From Candidatus Latescibacterota bacterium (lineage in GTDB: Bacteria > Krumholzibacteriota > Krumholzibacteriia > WVZY01): 64,000 nucleotides of DNA. Shown here piece by piece: positions 1-9,548 of the stretch (positions within the stretch are counted from its first letter, which is position 1; every line of letters begins with the position of its first letter). The stretch covers positions 128,001 to 192,000 of the forward strand of contig CAWBQK010000009.1 in NCBI GenBank assembly GCA_963791045.1, given 5' to 3'. The notes under the pieces were generated by a model. That model was not told the origin of the DNA, made no database searches, and saw only the letters and a program-made list of their open reading frames with translations. The translations under genes and the position numbers were made by a program.

Positions 1-2301
1 GTCCACTCGCCGATGGTCGGACGAGAATCCGAATTGGCGCTGATCGAGGAATCCGTTCACGAGCTACAAAGCGGACGGGGCGGGACCATTGCCGTCACCG
101 GCGATCCCGGGTTGGGAAAAACACGGCTCGTTCACGAGGCGCGCCGCTCGACCGCGGCGGAAATCGACTGGATACCCGGCAGGTGCCTGTCTCACACCCA
201 GAACATGAGTTTTGGCGCCGCACGAGAAATCCTTTACGGGCTTCTTGGCGCCGACATCTATACGCCGCCCAATGAGGTCGCGGCGGCGCTTCAAAAAAAC
301 ATCCAAGAATATCAATCCGACGACACGGAGCCCGGCGGCGATTCCCCACTCTTCCCGTACCTTGCGCGTCTTCTCGATCTTCCCCCCGGCGAGGCGGGCG
401 ATCGAGAGCTTGGGACGATCAATGCGGAGACACTCCGGATAAGGATCCGCGACTCTTTTTGCAGGTTCATATCCATGCGGGCACAAAGAAAACCGCTGGT
501 TCTCGTTTGGGAGGATCTTCGATGGATCGATCCGTCGTCACTCGAAATTATCGAAGCGCTCATTAGTCGCACAGAGTCCGAACGCCTTTTGATCGTCCTC
601 GTCTACCGGCTCGATGATACGCGTATCAAGGATTTTCACGAACGTTTGTCAAAAGAGCAGGGCGATCGGTTCAAGGTCGTGACGCTGTGCACATTGAGCA
701 AACGCGACAGCTCGCGGCTACTCGCCAACTTTCTCCAGGGCAGAAGCCTGCCGGCGAACATGGAACGGTTGATTCTTGAGAGGGCGGAAGGAAACGCATT
801 TTACCTCGAAGAAGTTCTCCGCTCGCTCCATGAAACGGGCGCTCTCGATCAAACCCCGGGGCGCGCGGACATAAACCGGAATGAAGCGACATTCGATATT
901 CCAACAACCCTTCACGGCGTCGTTATGGCCCGCGTGGACCGGCTTCACCCCAAGCACAAACAAACGCTCCAGACGGCCGCGGTGATCGGGCGGGCGTTCC
1001 AGCACGGCGTGCTCGATGGGATCGTCGACAAAGATCTAAGAGGCGATCCAACAAAACAATCGCTCGACGAGCTCGTTCAACGCGAGTTTTTTCAAATAAT
1101 AAACCAGGCGGAATCCACGGACACGGGCGTCGCATCGAAGACGGACCGGAATGGTTCACCCGATTCATCCCACGCATTCCAGCTGCACTCAAGCGGCACG
1201 AGCGGACAGGCGGCTTTTCTCGAAACGGAGTATTCGTTCAAACACGCGATGACCGCGGAAGTCGCATACGAGAGTCTTCTCAAATCCCAGCGCCGCAGTC
1301 TCCACAAACGCACGGGAGAACTGATCGAGAAATACGCGCCCGAACGCCTCGACGAACTCTCGGCGATCCTCGCCCATCATTTCCGTCATGCCGGCGAGTT
1401 CGAAAAAGCGTACCGGTACATGACCCGATCGGCGATACGCGCCGCGAGCGTATTCGCGAATGAAGAAGCCGTGTCTTGTTTTTCGCAAGCACTCGCTCTG
1501 GCCGAAGAGACAGGACCTCTCGCGGATGCAAGTGGCCCTCTCGACCCCTCGCCGGCATCGATCCACGAATCCCTCGCCGACGTATACTACGTCACCGGGC
1601 GGTACTCTGAAGCGGCAGCACAGTTCGACCTGGCGTTAGTCACCATCGGCGGCTCCCCACACCGCGTTACCCTGCTCCGCAAGAAGGGCCAGGTCTACGA
1701 GAAATGGGGCAAGTATGCGGAGGCGAAGGCTCACTTCGAAGCCGCGCTGGATCTCATGAGAAAGCCCCTGGACACGATCGAGGCGGCCCAGATCTATTCG
1801 GGGTTGGGGCTCGCCAGTTATCACGAGGGCAATCTCGATGAAGCCGTCGACCTGGCGGCGCTTGCGCTCGAGATGATGGAAACCGTCGAAAACGCCCGCG
1901 GGATCGCCCAGGCGACGAGCAACCTCGGCGTCGTCTATTTCAAAAAAGAGGATTGGAAAAACGCGCGTCATTATCACGAACGATCGGTAGAAATCTTTGA
2001 CGGGGCCGAGGATATTTTTGGACTTGCCGCCGGTTACAACAACCTCGGCCTGGTCGCGCTCCGCGAAGGTCAGTGGGACGCCGCGCGCGCACATCTCGAA
2101 AAGAGCCTGGAGTTGTTTCAAAAACTCGGAAACAAACACGGCACGGCGAGAATCTATGATAACCTTAGCCAGGTATTCTCGGAGATGGGGCGGAAGGACG
2201 AGGCCATCGACTACATGAAGAAAGCGGTAGCGATTCTCGCCGATATCAGCACGGAAGAGTCCGGACCGTCTCCGGAAATGTGGCAGTCCGGCGCGTGGTA
2301 G
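1..2301 (+). CDS. P-loop AAA/STAND-type ATPase with C-terminal TPR repeats, 5'-truncated; architecture typical of the C-terminal part of adenylate/guanylate cyclase-ATPase-TPR proteins
   Basis: Frame is open from base 1 (VHSPMVGRESE). Walker A GDPGLGKT, Walker B-like LVLVWEDLRW, EGNAFYLEE, YSFKHAM and several TPR repeats (YNNLGLVA, IYDNLSQVF). Confidence 0.85.
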   Translation, partial: VHSPMVGRESELALIEESVHELQSGRGGTIAVTGDPGLGKTRLVHEARRSTAAEIDWIPGRCLSHTQNMSFGAAREILYGLLGADIYTPPNEVAAALQKNIQEYQSDDTEPGGDSPLFPYLARLLDLPPGEAGDRELGTINAETLRIRIRDSFCRFISMRAQRKPLVLVWEDLRWIDPSSLEIIEALISRTESERLLIVLVYRLDDTRIKDFHERLSKEQGDRFKVVTLCTLSKRDSSRLLANFLQGRSLPANMERLILERAEGNAFYLEEVLRSLHETGALDQTPGRADINRNEATFDIPTTLHGVVMARVDRLHPKHKQTLQTAAVIGRAFQHGVLDGIVDKDLRGDPTKQSLDELVQREFFQIINQAESTDTGVASKTDRNGSPDSSHAFQLHSSGTSGQAAFLETEYSFKHAMTAEVAYESLLKSQRRSLHKRTGELIEKYAPERLDELSAILAHHFRHAGEFEKAYRYMTRSAIRAASVFANEEAVSCFSQALALAEETGPLADASGPLDPSPASIHESLADVYYVTGRYSEAAAQFDLALVTIGGSPHRVTLLRKKGQVYEKWGKYAEAKAHFEAALDLMRKPLDTIEAAQIYSGLGLASYHEGNLDEAVDLAALALEMMETVENARGIAQATSNLGVVYFKKEDWKNARHYHERSVEIFDGAEDIFGLAAGYNNLGLVALREGQWDAARAHLEKSLELFQKLGNKHGTARIYDNLSQVFSEMGRKDEAIDYMKKAVAILADISTEESGPSPEMWQSGAW

Positions 2302-2356
2302 CACGCGGTCGAGAGGACTCGTCGCGACACTCCGTGGCAAAATCAGGGAGAGACAA

Positions 2357-2725
2357 ATGACTGTGTTCGAGGTTCTTCTCTTGGGTCATGTCATTGGCGA
2401 CTGGCTTCTCCAAAACGAGTGGATGGCGCTCAACAAGGGCAGCAACTGGCCGGCGCTACTCTCTCATGTTGCCGTCTACCACATTGTGGTTGGTGCTCTC
2501 CTCGGTCTTAAAATGGGATTCTCTTACATGCCGATCTATCCCGTCGTCGCCGTCCTTGCCGTTTTTCATATCATTCTCGATCGGCAGCACTTTGTTTATT
2601 GGGTCATGAAACACTTACGAATCATCGTCGACCGGGAGCCCGAACGCTGGCTTTCCGTGGCGGTCGACCAATCCCTCCATATTGTGTTGCTCGCCGCCGC
2701 AACAATCTATCTCGTTGGGTTTTAA
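2357..2725 (+). CDS. DUF3307-like small membrane protein
   Basis: GHVIGDWLLQ, HIILD and VDQSLH motifs; hydrophobic; GGAG upstream. Confidence 0.75.
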   Translation: MTVFEVLLLGHVIGDWLLQNEWMALNKGSNWPALLSHVAVYHIVVGALLGLKMGFSYMPIYPVVAVLAVFHIILDRQHFVYWVMKHLRIIVDREPERWLSVAVDQSLHIVLLAAATIYLVGF

Positions 2726-2854
2726 GCGCCGGCGCCATACGCCTCCACGCATCACTGTCCGGCGGATCGGCGACGGCCCCATCTGGTTGACTTCATATCT
2801 CACTATTTAGCAACTAGTTATGTCGTGGCCGCAGCCCAGCCCAAGCAAATCTCC

Positions 2855-2883
2855 TTGACAGACGATTAAAGCAGTCGTTTAAT
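2855..2883 (+). promoter_or_regulatory. Sigma70-type promoter with overlapping inverted-repeat operator (probable TetR site)
   Basis: TTGACA (2855-2860), 17-bp spacer, TTTAAT (2878-2883). ATTAAA-N7-TTTAAT palindrome at 2865-2883. Confidence 0.7.
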
Positions 2884-2909
2884 TCAATCATTCGACAGAG
2901 GAGAATTTC

Positions 2910-3566
2910 ATGGAAGACATTGATACCAAAACACGGATTCTGGACGCAGCTGAGAACTTATTTTCTGACAATGGGTTCAGTGCCGTCTCGCTCAGGGCGG
3001 TCATCAAGGATGCCGGTGTGAACACCGCGTCTGTCCACTATCATTTCGGCTCGAAGGACGGGCTGGTCGCCGCCGTCATCGAACGAAGGGCCACGCCGGT
3101 CAATGCCGAGAGACTCACAATGCTGGACGACATCGAGGTAAAACATCCGACAGGCCTCCTTCCGCTCAAACCCGTTCTACAGGCATTTATCTTACCCATC
3201 GTGAGACTTAGACGGGGTTCTAGAACTGAGAAACCTATGTTCGCCCGTTTGATGGCGCGGCTTCTCCACGAACCCGATCCGATGGCCGCCGAAATCGTTC
3301 ACAAAACCTTCGCCGAGGTATTTTCCCGGTTTGCTCTCGCATTCGGCCGGGCGCTGCCCGAACTCCCTCCGGCAGAAATCTATATAAGGGTCCATTTCGC
3401 TGTGGGCGCGATGGCATTTTCCGTAGCGGGTCCGCAATTTTTTGACAATTTTGGTCCCGAGGGGGCTCTCGCCGACGGTTCACATGTCGTGGCGAGCCTG
3501 GTCGATTTTGTTGAGGCGGGGATGCGGACTCCCGTCGTTGAAAATGTCTTTGGGGGTAATCAATGA
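2910..3566 (+). CDS. TetR/AcrR family transcriptional regulator
   Basis: N-terminal HTH RILDAAENLFSDNGFSAVSLRAVIKDAGVNTASVHYHFGSKDGL; first gene of an efflux operon. Confidence 0.95.
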   Translation: MEDIDTKTRILDAAENLFSDNGFSAVSLRAVIKDAGVNTASVHYHFGSKDGLVAAVIERRATPVNAERLTMLDDIEVKHPTGLLPLKPVLQAFILPIVRLRRGSRTEKPMFARLMARLLHEPDPMAAEIVHKTFAEVFSRFALAFGRALPELPPAEIYIRVHFAVGAMAFSVAGPQFFDNFGPEGALADGSHVVASLVDFVEAGMRTPVVENVFGGNQ

Positions 3567-5029
3567 TCCGTTGCCTGATAATACTCACCGCCGCGATATT
3601 GGCCTTCGGGTGCGCGTCGCCCCCCCAGCGCCAGTACCCGAACGTACAGGTGGAAGCACCCGACACCTGGACGGCGGTCGAAACGGCGGACACCTTTTCG
3701 AGCGTCGTGGACACGACGCGCTGGTGGATCGCCTTCGACGACCCGGCCCTCGACGGCCTCGTCGAAGAAGCGCTCGCAAACAATTACAATCTCAAATCCG
3801 CCGTCGCGCGTGTCGATGCCGCCGCGGCAATCGCGCGTATCGCCGGCGCCGATCTATGGCCCCAGGCGAACCTCGGTTTCAACGCCTCGCGCGCACAACA
3901 AAACCTCATCGGCCTCCCAATCCCCGGTTCCGACGGGGTCATTACCACGCGGACGTCATCTTTTGGTGTGTCGCTCGATGTCGGGTGGGAAATCGACTTG
4001 TGGGGCCGTGTACGTTCGGGACAATCCGCCGCGCTCGCCGACTTCGAGGCGAGTTGGGCCGATCTCGCGGGTTTGCGGCTCTCGATTGCCGCTCAAACAG
4101 TGAAAGCATGGTTCGCCCTCATCGAGGCGAGGCTCCAGCTCGAATTGGCCGAGACCACCGTCGCGACTTTCAAGCTTTCCGCCGACCAGGTCCGCAACCG
4201 CTACGAGCAAGGCGTTCGCTCGTCGCTCGATTTGAGACTGGCGCTCGCAAACTACTACGGAGCGGAGGCGCTGCTCGAGACGCGCAAAGAGCAACTCGAT
4301 CGGACCACGCGCCAAATGGAAATCCTTCTCGGACGGTACCCGGCGGGGGCCCTGGCAACCGAGGATGACCTCCCGGTTATCACCGCCACCGTGCCGGACG
4401 GACTTCCCAGCGAGGTACTCATCCGCCGTCCCGATCTTCTGGCCGCTGAACGACGGTTTACAGCAGCTGAAAAACGCGTATCGCAGGCGAGGCGCGCGTT
4501 CTTCCCGCGAATCTCGCTTACCGGGAGCGGCGGCACACTCGCCGGCGAACTCGAGAGCATCGTCAAGGGGGACTTCAGCGTGTGGCGGATCGCGGCGAAT
4601 GTGACCCAACCCATATTTCAGGGGGGAAGGCTCCGTGCGAATCTCGCTCAATCGCACGCGGTGTCCGACCAGATACTCGCCGAATACGCCCTCGCTTTGC
4701 TTACGGCGTTTGGCGAAGTCGAGTCATCGCTCACCGCCGAGGAAATCCTCACACGAAGGGTCGCGGTGACAAAGGAAGCCGCCGAACAGTCAGAGGCCGC
4801 CCGCGTACTTGCCGAACGTGAGTACAACGCGGGGCTCGCCGACTACATCACCGTCCTGGAAACACAACGGCGCGAACTCAATTCTCGAAGCGAACTACTA
4901 ACCGTCCGGCGGCAGCGTCTCGACGCACGCGTCAATCTTCATCTCGCCCTGGGCGGAGGATTTGATTTAAACAAAGAATGGAAACAATTCCTGGAAACAC
5001 AGAATGAATCGGAGGAAACCGGTGAGTGA
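3563..5029 (+). CDS. Efflux outer-membrane lipoprotein, NodT/OprM/TolC family
   Basis: Lipobox AFGC; WWIAFDDPALDGLV, WEIDLWGRVR, RRPDLLAAE and ALGGG motifs. Confidence 0.95.
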   Translation: MIRCLIILTAAILAFGCASPPQRQYPNVQVEAPDTWTAVETADTFSSVVDTTRWWIAFDDPALDGLVEEALANNYNLKSAVARVDAAAAIARIAGADLWPQANLGFNASRAQQNLIGLPIPGSDGVITTRTSSFGVSLDVGWEIDLWGRVRSGQSAALADFEASWADLAGLRLSIAAQTVKAWFALIEARLQLELAETTVATFKLSADQVRNRYEQGVRSSLDLRLALANYYGAEALLETRKEQLDRTTRQMEILLGRYPAGALATEDDLPVITATVPDGLPSEVLIRRPDLLAAERRFTAAEKRVSQARRAFFPRISLTGSGGTLAGELESIVKGDFSVWRIAANVTQPIFQGGRLRANLAQSHAVSDQILAEYALALLTAFGEVESSLTAEEILTRRVAVTKEAAEQSEAARVLAEREYNAGLADYITVLETQRRELNSRSELLTVRRQRLDARVNLHLALGGGFDLNKEWKQFLETQNESEETGE

Positions 5030-6233
5030 GAAAAAACTTAAGATAATCCTGCCTGCGGTTATTCTGATCGTTGCGATTATCGTCACCGTCGCGATGATGA
5101 AATCGCGCGCGCCCGTCGGCACGCGACCACCCCAGGATTTCGCGCCGCTGGTAAGAGTCGTCAATGCGACACCCGTGACACATCAGTTTTCTGTATGGAC
5201 GAATGGCACGGTCAAGCCACGGACGGAAGCCGCCCTCGTCTCCGAAGTCGCAGGGCGAATCATGGCGGTAGCCCCGTCGTTCGCCGACGGCGGTTTCTTT
5301 GAAAAGGGTGATGTTCTCGTCACGGTCGATCCACGCGACTACGAATTGTCCGTCGTCACGGCGCGGGGTCAGGTGGCACAGGCGAAGGTCCGCGCCGAAC
5401 TCGAAGAAGCCCAGGCTAAAGTCGCCCGAGAAGAATGGAAATCGTTGGGCGGCGGAAAAGAATCGCCTCTCGCGACACGCGAGCTACAGGTGCAGGAAGC
5501 GCGGGCCGGGTATGCCACCGCCGAAGCGGCGCTCGAGAAGGCAGAGCGCGACCTCGATCGCACGCGGATACGGGCGCCCTTTCCCGGCCGTGTCCGTCAG
5601 AAACTCGTCGACGTCGGGCAGTTCGTGTCCCCGGGAATCGCCGTCGCGCACATATTCGCCGTCGATTATGTCGAGGTGCGGCTCCCGATCCCCGATTCCG
5701 ACTTCGCGTTTCTCGACCTCCCCATCAATTACAGGGGAGAAACAAAAAAGCAAACCGGCCCCGAGGTCACGCTCTTCGCCGACTTCGCCGGCAAACGCCA
5801 CAGCTGGACGGGCCGCATCGTCCGTGTCGAAGGCGAAATCGATCCGGTCAGCCGGATGGTTCACGCAATCGCGCAGGTTGACGATCCTTACGGCCGCGTC
5901 GACGGAGAGGAACCGATGCCGCTTGCGATCGGACTGTTTGTCGACGCCGAAATCAAGGGCCGTCAAATCGAAGACGCCGTCGTTATTCCCCGGTCCGCAA
6001 TACGAGGCAAGAACATGGTGTATGTGATTGATGATGACGACCATCTTCGTTTCCGCGAAATAATCATCGCGCGGATGGATCGCGAGAACGCCGTCATCGC
6101 CGGTGGACTCGCCGCATCCGACCGCGTATGCGTTTCGATCCTCGACGCGGTCACCGATGGGATGAGGGTGAGAACCGCGGGAAGGGCCGATGCCGCGGAG
6201 AAGGAAGAAACGGAAGCGAGGACCGACACATGA
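5022..6233 (+). CDS. RND efflux periplasmic adaptor (membrane fusion protein)
   Basis: N-terminal TM, SEVAGRI, coiled-coil, IRAPFPGRV. GTG at 5022 follows GGAGG. Confidence 0.93.
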   Translation: MSEKKLKIILPAVILIVAIIVTVAMMKSRAPVGTRPPQDFAPLVRVVNATPVTHQFSVWTNGTVKPRTEAALVSEVAGRIMAVAPSFADGGFFEKGDVLVTVDPRDYELSVVTARGQVAQAKVRAELEEAQAKVAREEWKSLGGGKESPLATRELQVQEARAGYATAEAALEKAERDLDRTRIRAPFPGRVRQKLVDVGQFVSPGIAVAHIFAVDYVEVRLPIPDSDFAFLDLPINYRGETKKQTGPEVTLFADFAGKRHSWTGRIVRVEGEIDPVSRMVHAIAQVDDPYGRVDGEEPMPLAIGLFVDAEIKGRQIEDAVVIPRSAIRGKNMVYVIDDDDHLRFREIIIARMDRENAVIAGGLAASDRVCVSILDAVTDGMRVRTAGRADAAEKEETEARTDT

Positions 6234-9200
6234 ACCGGATAATTGACTGGTATGTGAACAACTCGGTTGTCGCAAACCTCATGATGGCGTTGATCGTCAT
6301 TGCGGGAATCCTTACAATTCCAAACGTGACGAAGGAAATCTTTCCCGAGTTCTCAATGGATATGATCACGATCTCTGTCACCTATCTAGGCGCGGCGCCC
6401 GAAGAGGTGGAGGAGGGCGTATCCGTCCGTATCGAGGAAGCGATCCAGGACCTCGAGGGGATAGAGCGAATCACGTCGTCATCCTCGGAGGGTGTCGGCA
6501 GTGTTCTGGTTGAAGTCGAAGACGGAACGGACCCCAGAGAGCTGCTAAATGACATAAAAGCCCGTGTCGATGGCATCGACACCTTCCCCGAGCAAACCGA
6601 AAAGCCGATCATCACCGAGGTCGTCAACCGCCGGCAGGTAATCGATATCGCCGTATCCGGCGCCGTTGATGAAAAAACACTCAAAACCCTCGGGGAACGC
6701 GTGAGGGACGAACTGTCCGCAATGGATGGGATTACCCAGGTGGAACTCGTCGCCGCCCGTCCCTACGAAGTGTCGATCGAGGTCTCGGAAGAGGCGCTAA
6801 GACGCCACAGCCTTACATTCGACGCGGTGGCGATGGCCGTTCGGCGTTCATCGCTCGATCTTCCCGGAGGGTCTATCCGCACGGCAGGCGGCGAGATTCT
6901 TCTTCGAACAAAGGGACAAGCGTATCGCGGCCGCGAATTCGAAGAAATCGTCCTCATTACAAGACCGGACGGGACGAGACTTATGCTGGGCGATGTCGCG
7001 AACGTCGTCGACGGCTTTGCGGAAACGGACCAATCCGCGCGCTTTTCAGGCGACCCAGCCGTGGTCGTTCGTGTCTATCGGGTCGGCGAACAGGACCCGC
7101 TGCAAATCGCGAAAAACGTCAAATCCTACGTCGAGGAGAAACAACACCATCTTCCCGCCGGAGTGAAGCTCGACGCGTGGAATGATTTCTCCAGAATTCT
7201 CCAGAGCCGTATGGATCTCATGATACGCAACGCGAGAAACGGGTACATCCTGGTGTTCATTATCCTTGCCCTCTTCCTCAAATTCCGCCTCGCCTTCTGG
7301 GTGAGCCTGGGGATTCCGATTTCGTTTCTCGGCGCTTTTTGGGCGATGCCGATGACCGGCGTCACCATCAATCTTCTCTCGCTTTTCGCCTTCATTGTCG
7401 TGCTCGGTATCGTGGTCGATGATGCGATCATTGTCGGCGAGAACATCTTCAGCCGTCATGAGAAAGGGGAGCGTGGCACTCAAGGATCGTCGCGCGGCGC
7501 CTCCGAGGTTGCCGTCCCCGTGGTCTTCGGGGTGTTGACGACTATCGCCGCGTTTGTCCCACTTTTGTTTGTCGCCGGCATCATGGGCAAGTTCATGCGT
7601 GTCGTGCCGATCATCGTGATCATCACGCTTGTATTTTCGCTGATCGAATCGCTGTTCATCCTGCCCTCTCACCTGTCGCACATCGGTGAACCGGCAAAAC
7701 CGACTCGAACAGGTGGATGGTGGCGCAAGTTTCAGGGCGGCTTCCAGAAAAAAGTCGATCTGTTTATCCACCGGGTGTACAAGCCATCACTCGACCTCGG
7801 GCTTAAGTATCGTTATGCGACCGTCGCCTTTGCCACCGCGACGCTTCTCATTACCGTGGGGATCGTCGGCGCTGGATGGATAAAGTTCGTCTTCTTTCCC
7901 AAGGTTGAATCGGACGTCGTTTCCGCCGCGCTCACCATGCCCCCGGGCACCTCGGTCGACGCCACCGCCGAGGCCATGAAGAGGATAGAGGCAAGCGCGC
8001 TTCGCTTGCGTGATGAACTCGACGCGGAAAAGCCCGAAGGCATGAGATCACCCATCAATCATATATTCACCGCAGTGGGCGACCAGCCTTTGAGATCGCG
8101 CCAGGGCCCCGTCAACGTTCCGGGGGGGTTCGCACGGAGCAACCTTGGCGAGATCACCATCGAACTCGCCCCATCCGAAGAACGCGAGATCACCAGTGTG
8201 GAAATCGTCAGGCGCTGGCGCGAAATGACCGATCCCATTCCAGACGTGGTTGAATTGACCTACTCGTCGAGTTTGTTTCACCCCGGCGATGCCATAGATG
8301 TCCAGCTGAAAGGGCTCGACATGGACGTCCTCCAGGCCGCGGCGGAACGTCTCAAGAGCGAGCTCGGCGGTTACGCCGGTGTGTTCGATATCACCGATTC
8401 TTTCCGAATGGGAAAACAAGAGGTCAAGCTCCAGGTCAAACCCGCCGCCGAGGCGTACGGTATTAAACTCTCCGATCTTGCCCGCCAGGTTCGCCAGGCG
8501 TTCTACGGAGAGGAAGCACAACGAATCCAGCGCGGGCGTGATGACGTGCGCGTCATGGTCCGTTACCCAATAGACGAGAGGCGGTCGATAGGAGATCTGG
8601 AAAACATGCGAATTCGGACTGCGACGGGAGGAGAGGTCCCATTCTCTTCCGTCGCCGTCGCCACCCTGGGTCGCGGATACTCGTCAATCACGCGCGTCGA
8701 CAGACAGCGCTCTATAAACGTGACGGCGGATGTAGATCCACAAAAGGGCAACGCCCAGGAAGTGTTGTCAAAGCTGAAGGCCGACGTGCTTCCCACGCTT
8801 CTAGCGGATTACCCGGGGGTGCGTTTTTCATTCGAAGGAGAGCAACGCGAACAGCGCGAAAGTATGCAAAGTCTGGCCAGAGGCTTTTTATTCGCGTTGA
8901 TCGTCATCTACGCGCTAATGGCGATTCCGTTCAGATCGTACATCCAGCCATTGATCGTCATGTCGATCATCCCGTTTGGAATAGTCGGCGCCATCTGGGG
9001 GCATCTGATTATGGGATTGAATTTGACGATATTGTCGATGTTCGGGCTTGTCGCGCTGACCGGTGTTGTCGTCAACGACAGTATTGTCCTCGTCCATTTT
9101 ATCAATAAACGCCGAGAGAAAGACATGACGGTGGCGGACGCGGTGCGAGAAGCAGGACTGGCTCGTTTCCGGCCAATTATTCTCACATCGGCGACGACAT

Positions 9201-9445
9201 TCGCGGGTCTCACGCCGCTCCTTCTCGAAAAGAGCATGCAGGCGAAATTCCTCGTCCCGATGGCGGTTTCGCTCGGGTTTGGCGTGGTGTTCGCCACGTT
9301 TATTACGCTCGTGATCGTTCCATCGGTTTATCTGATTATGGACGACATGAAGCGCGTGGGGCTGCGACTGATCGGCCGGCGTCCTCAGGAAGTAAAAGAA
9401 CCGGGCGTATCCGCCAGCACATCACCGGTTGGCGGACAGCAGTAA
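6230..9445 (+). CDS. RND efflux permease, AcrB/AcrD/AcrF family
   Basis: GIVVDDAIIVGENI, GVVVNDSIVL and RFRPIILTS motifs. ATG at 6230 overlaps the adaptor stop (ATGA). Confidence 0.96.
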   Translation: MNRIIDWYVNNSVVANLMMALIVIAGILTIPNVTKEIFPEFSMDMITISVTYLGAAPEEVEEGVSVRIEEAIQDLEGIERITSSSSEGVGSVLVEVEDGTDPRELLNDIKARVDGIDTFPEQTEKPIITEVVNRRQVIDIAVSGAVDEKTLKTLGERVRDELSAMDGITQVELVAARPYEVSIEVSEEALRRHSLTFDAVAMAVRRSSLDLPGGSIRTAGGEILLRTKGQAYRGREFEEIVLITRPDGTRLMLGDVANVVDGFAETDQSARFSGDPAVVVRVYRVGEQDPLQIAKNVKSYVEEKQHHLPAGVKLDAWNDFSRILQSRMDLMIRNARNGYILVFIILALFLKFRLAFWVSLGIPISFLGAFWAMPMTGVTINLLSLFAFIVVLGIVVDDAIIVGENIFSRHEKGERGTQGSSRGASEVAVPVVFGVLTTIAAFVPLLFVAGIMGKFMRVVPIIVIITLVFSLIESLFILPSHLSHIGEPAKPTRTGGWWRKFQGGFQKKVDLFIHRVYKPSLDLGLKYRYATVAFATATLLITVGIVGAGWIKFVFFPKVESDVVSAALTMPPGTSVDATAEAMKRIEASALRLRDELDAEKPEGMRSPINHIFTAVGDQPLRSRQGPVNVPGGFARSNLGEITIELAPSEEREITSVEIVRRWREMTDPIPDVVELTYSSSLFHPGDAIDVQLKGLDMDVLQAAAERLKSELGGYAGVFDITDSFRMGKQEVKLQVKPAAEAYGIKLSDLARQVRQAFYGEEAQRIQRGRDDVRVMVRYPIDERRSIGDLENMRIRTATGGEVPFSSVAVATLGRGYSSITRVDRQRSINVTADVDPQKGNAQEVLSKLKADVLPTLLADYPGVRFSFEGEQREQRESMQSLARGFLFALIVIYALMAIPFRSYIQPLIVMSIIPFGIVGAIWGHLIMGLNLTILSMFGLVALTGVVVNDSIVLVHFINKRREKDMTVADAVREAGLARFRPIILTSATTFAGLTPLLLEKSMQAKFLVPMAVSLGFGVVFATFITLVIVPSVYLIMDDMKRVGLRLIGRRPQEVKEPGVSASTSPVGGQQ

Positions 9446-9483
9446 CACTTTCGGTCTTTGACGCGGCAGCCGTCGTAAATCAA

Positions 9484-9516
9484 AAGGGGCTCCCAAAAGG
9501 AGCCCCTTCTTGTTTT
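9484..9516. terminator. Bidirectional intrinsic terminator
   Basis: AAGGGGCTCC-caaaa-GGAGCCCCTT (10-bp stem), A-rich before and T-rich after, between convergent genes. Confidence 0.8.
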
Positions 9517-9548
9517 CAATTCGCGCCGCGCTACCGGCTGTCATCGCA

